In this document: piece by piece, positions 61,864 through 64,000 of the stretch
How the letters are laid out: each line of letters begins with the position of its first letter
Position numbering within the stretch: position 1 is the stretch's first letter
Assembly: GCA_965204575.1 (NCBI GenBank)
Contig: OZ241993.1
Coordinates: forward strand, 960,001 to 1,024,000
Direction: 5' to 3'
Source of the DNA: an uncultured candidatus Porisulfidus sp.
Lineage (GTDB): Bacteria > Pseudomonadota > Gammaproteobacteria > Poriferisulfidales > Poriferisulfidaceae
DNA length: 64,000 nucleotides
Program-made: the position numbers and the translations under genes
Notes under the pieces: generated by a model
What the model saw: the letters and a program-made list of their open reading frames with translations, nothing else
The model's database searches: none
What the model was told of the DNA's origin: nothing

Positions 61864-63555
61864 ATGCACCAGACATCTTTATCCGGCATGTGCCTTGCAG
61901 AAGTGATGGCGGCGAGGGTAGCAGAAAGCGACGTTGAGGAGCGTGGCGCGGTTTTTACACGACGCGAAGTGGTGAATTTCATTCTTGACCTTGTTGGGTA
62001 TACGCATAACAAAGCACTCTACAAGCAGCGTTTGCTTGAGCCTTCTTTCGGCGATGGTGACTTTCTGTTAGCGGCTGCCGAGCGCCTTATGGAGGCGTGG
62101 CGTAGCCAAGAAGCCCCTGTTTCAGAGTTGACCAACGCGATTTGTGCCGTGGAATTGCATCAGGCCACTTTTCAGAAAGCTCGCGACCAGCTGAATGATC
62201 TACTCACCCGAGAAGGTATGACTTTGCAAGTCCGGTCTGACCTTCTGGATGCTTGGCTGATTCAAGGCGATTTCCTTCTGGAGGATCTACCTGACAACTT
62301 TCAGTATGTGACTGGCAATCCGCCGTACATCCGGCATGAAGCGGTTCCCGATACTCTGATGGCAGAATATCGAAAGCGGTTCCACACGATCTATGACCGG
62401 GCGGATATCTACGTCCCTTTCATCGAAAAATCGTTGTCTCTCTTGCACAAAGAAGGCGTATTAGGTTTCATCTGCTCTGACCGTTGGATGAAAAACCGCT
62501 ATGGCAGCCGGTTGCGCGAATTGGTCGCAGGGGATTACCATTTGAAGTTCTATGTGGATATGGTCGACACTCCGGCATTTCATTCCGATGTAACCGCCTA
62601 TCCGGCCATAACCGTTATTTCAAAGAGCCCTTCCGGTCCGACGCGCGTAGCCCGTCGGCCGAAGACCGATACAACCAGTCTGGCCACCTTATCCGGGAAG
62701 ATGCTCTCGGGGAGGCCACTGGATGGTGAAGATGTAGAGGAAGTTGCAAATATTGCGGTGGGAGCAGAGCCTTGGGTATTGGATTCATTTGACCAATTGG
62801 CAATAGTCCGTCGCCTTGAGCGCGAATTTCCAACATTGGAGCAAGCACGCTGCAAGGTTGGTATAGGGGTCGCTACGGGTGCGGACAAATTCTATGTTGC
62901 GCCATTCGACGAACTAGATGTGGAAGCGGATCGCAAACTGCCCCTTGTGACCACGCGCGATATCCGTACCGGGAAAGTGCAATGGCGCGGAGATGGTGTC
63001 ATCAATCCGTTCAATGATGAAGGCGGTCTTGTTCCCTTGGATAGTTATCCAAAACTAAGTGCGTATTTGGACGGTTGCGGAGATGCCATCAGGAAGCGCC
63101 ACGTCTCAAGAAAGAATCCAAACAGTTGGTACAGAACGATCGACCGCATCCATCCGGCGCTGGCAAGGCGCCCCAAACTTCTCATCCCCGACATCAAGGG
63201 AGAGGCAAATATCGTTTACGAGGACGGAAAGTATTACCCGCACCACAACCTCTACTACATCACATCGGACGAGTGGGATCTCCGAATACTACAGGCTGTC
63301 TTAATGTCTGGTATTGCAAGATTGTTTGTGGGCATCTACTCGACAAAAATGCGAGGTGGATACCTGCGTTTTCAAGCGCAGTATTTGCGGCGCATCCGAA
63401 TTCCGTTTTGGAGAGATGTGCCAGAGAGCCTGCGGCGCAGACTTGCTGCTGCGGTTGAGAATGGAGATGTTGCCGACAGTAAACGGGCGGTCTTCGATCT
63501 TTATGGCATTGATGAAACCGAGCAGCTTGCTTTTGGCGGAAGCAGCGGGCAATAG
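61864..63555 (+). CDS. Type II N6-adenine DNA methyltransferase (M.PaeR7I/TaqI-like)
   Basis: [48 protein letters not shown]. Confidence 0.9.
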   Translation: MHQTSLSGMCLAEVMAARVAESDVEERGAVFTRREVVNFILDLVGYTHNKALYKQRLLEPSFGDGDFLLAAAERLMEAWRSQEAPVSELTNAICAVELHQATFQKARDQLNDLLTREGMTLQVRSDLLDAWLIQGDFLLEDLPDNFQYVTGNPPYIRHEAVPDTLMAEYRKRFHTIYDRADIYVPFIEKSLSLLHKEGVLGFICSDRWMKNRYGSRLRELVAGDYHLKFYVDMVDTPAFHSDVTAYPAITVISKSPSGPTRVARRPKTDTTSLATLSGKMLSGRPLDGEDVEEVANIAVGAEPWVLDSFDQLAIVRRLEREFPTLEQARCKVGIGVATGADKFYVAPFDELDVEADRKLPLVTTRDIRTGKVQWRGDGVINPFNDEGGLVPLDSYPKLSAYLDGCGDAIRKRHVSRKNPNSWYRTIDRIHPALARRPKLLIPDIKGEANIVYEDGKYYPHHNLYYITSDEWDLRILQAVLMSGIARLFVGIYSTKMRGGYLRFQAQYLRRIRIPFWRDVPESLRRRLAAAVENGDVADSKRAVFDLYGIDETEQLAFGGSSGQ

Positions 63556-63557
63556 CC

Positions 63558-64000
63558 ATGGCTCTTGATCTTTCGGACTACGAGTCCCTGGCTCGGAAAG
63601 CTGTCCGCAAGTTTTGGGCAAGCCGGGAACATTCTGGCGTTCAGGCCGGGAAAAATATGGATGGCTTTCTCGAACTAATGGGGGAGGTGGTATACCGAAA
63701 TGGCCTTTCTGATGCGGTTGTTTTGCAGCAGAGGCAAGTTTTGACTCTTCCCGGCTATTTCCGGCCAACGAAACTCTGGGATTTACTGGTACTGAAAAAT
63801 GATCGGCTAATTGCTGCTTTGGAATTTAAATCACAAGTCGGTTCTTTTGGTAACAATTTTAATAACCGAACTGAAGAAGCAATTGGAACTGCTGTGGATT
63901 TGTGGACAGCCTATCGAGAAGGTGCGTTTGGCGAGCAGCCTCGGCCTTTTCTCGGTTGGTTGATTCTTCTGGAAGACGCCCCTGCGTCACGCAAGCCGGT
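63558..64000 (+). CDS. PaeR7I/XhoI family type II restriction endonuclease (partial, runs off the window)
   Basis: Manual translation: [60 protein letters not shown]. Confidence 0.88.
   Translation, partial: MALDLSDYESLARKAVRKFWASREHSGVQAGKNMDGFLELMGEVVYRNGLSDAVVLQQRQVLTLPGYFRPTKLWDLLVLKNDRLIAALEFKSQVGSFGNNFNNRTEEAIGTAVDLWTAYREGAFGEQPRPFLGWLILLEDAPASRKP

Overview
GC-rich gammaproteobacterial chromosome segment. A host-associated lifestyle (e.g. sponge symbiont) is suggested by the gene content but is only an inference. The housekeeping backbone is glnS (partial), xseA, tRNA-fMet, thpR, pdxH, rnhA, dnaQ, smpB, a CNNM/CorC transporter, fdhD, katG, rplY-pth-ychF, tRNA-Leu-tig-clpP-clpX-lon-hupB-tRNA-Val-tRNA-Asp-ppiD, a dicarboxylate symporter, fabI and a 4-gene peptide ABC transporter. 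Five accessory blocks interrupt it. (1) After tRNA-fMet: SRPBCC protein, two SDRs (one damaged), a TonB-dependent receptor and a solo AAA ATPase. (2) An autotransporter whose passenger is two tandem Cache-like domains. (3) After ychF: higBA plus a ~9 kb orphan type IV pilus operon of plasmid/ICE PilL-PilN-PilV type, with a CPBP protease gene upstream; pilL and the protease gene are preceded by the same 35-bp palindromic repeat. (4) A lower-GC defence-like island: DUF2188, an uncharacterised translationally coupled 3-gene cassette, fitAB with an internally deleted toxin, and a type I RM system. (5) An orphan antitoxin plus a PaeR7I/XhoI-like type II RM system running off the right end. No CRISPR array, rRNA, tmRNA, integrase or transposase was seen. 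Family calls come from recognising motifs by eye, not from database searches. The best novelty candidates are the 3-gene cassette (46009-47647), the orphan pilus/CPBP unit with its duplicated site, the Cache autotransporter, and a U1-A72 initiator tRNA co-occurring with an atypical Pth.
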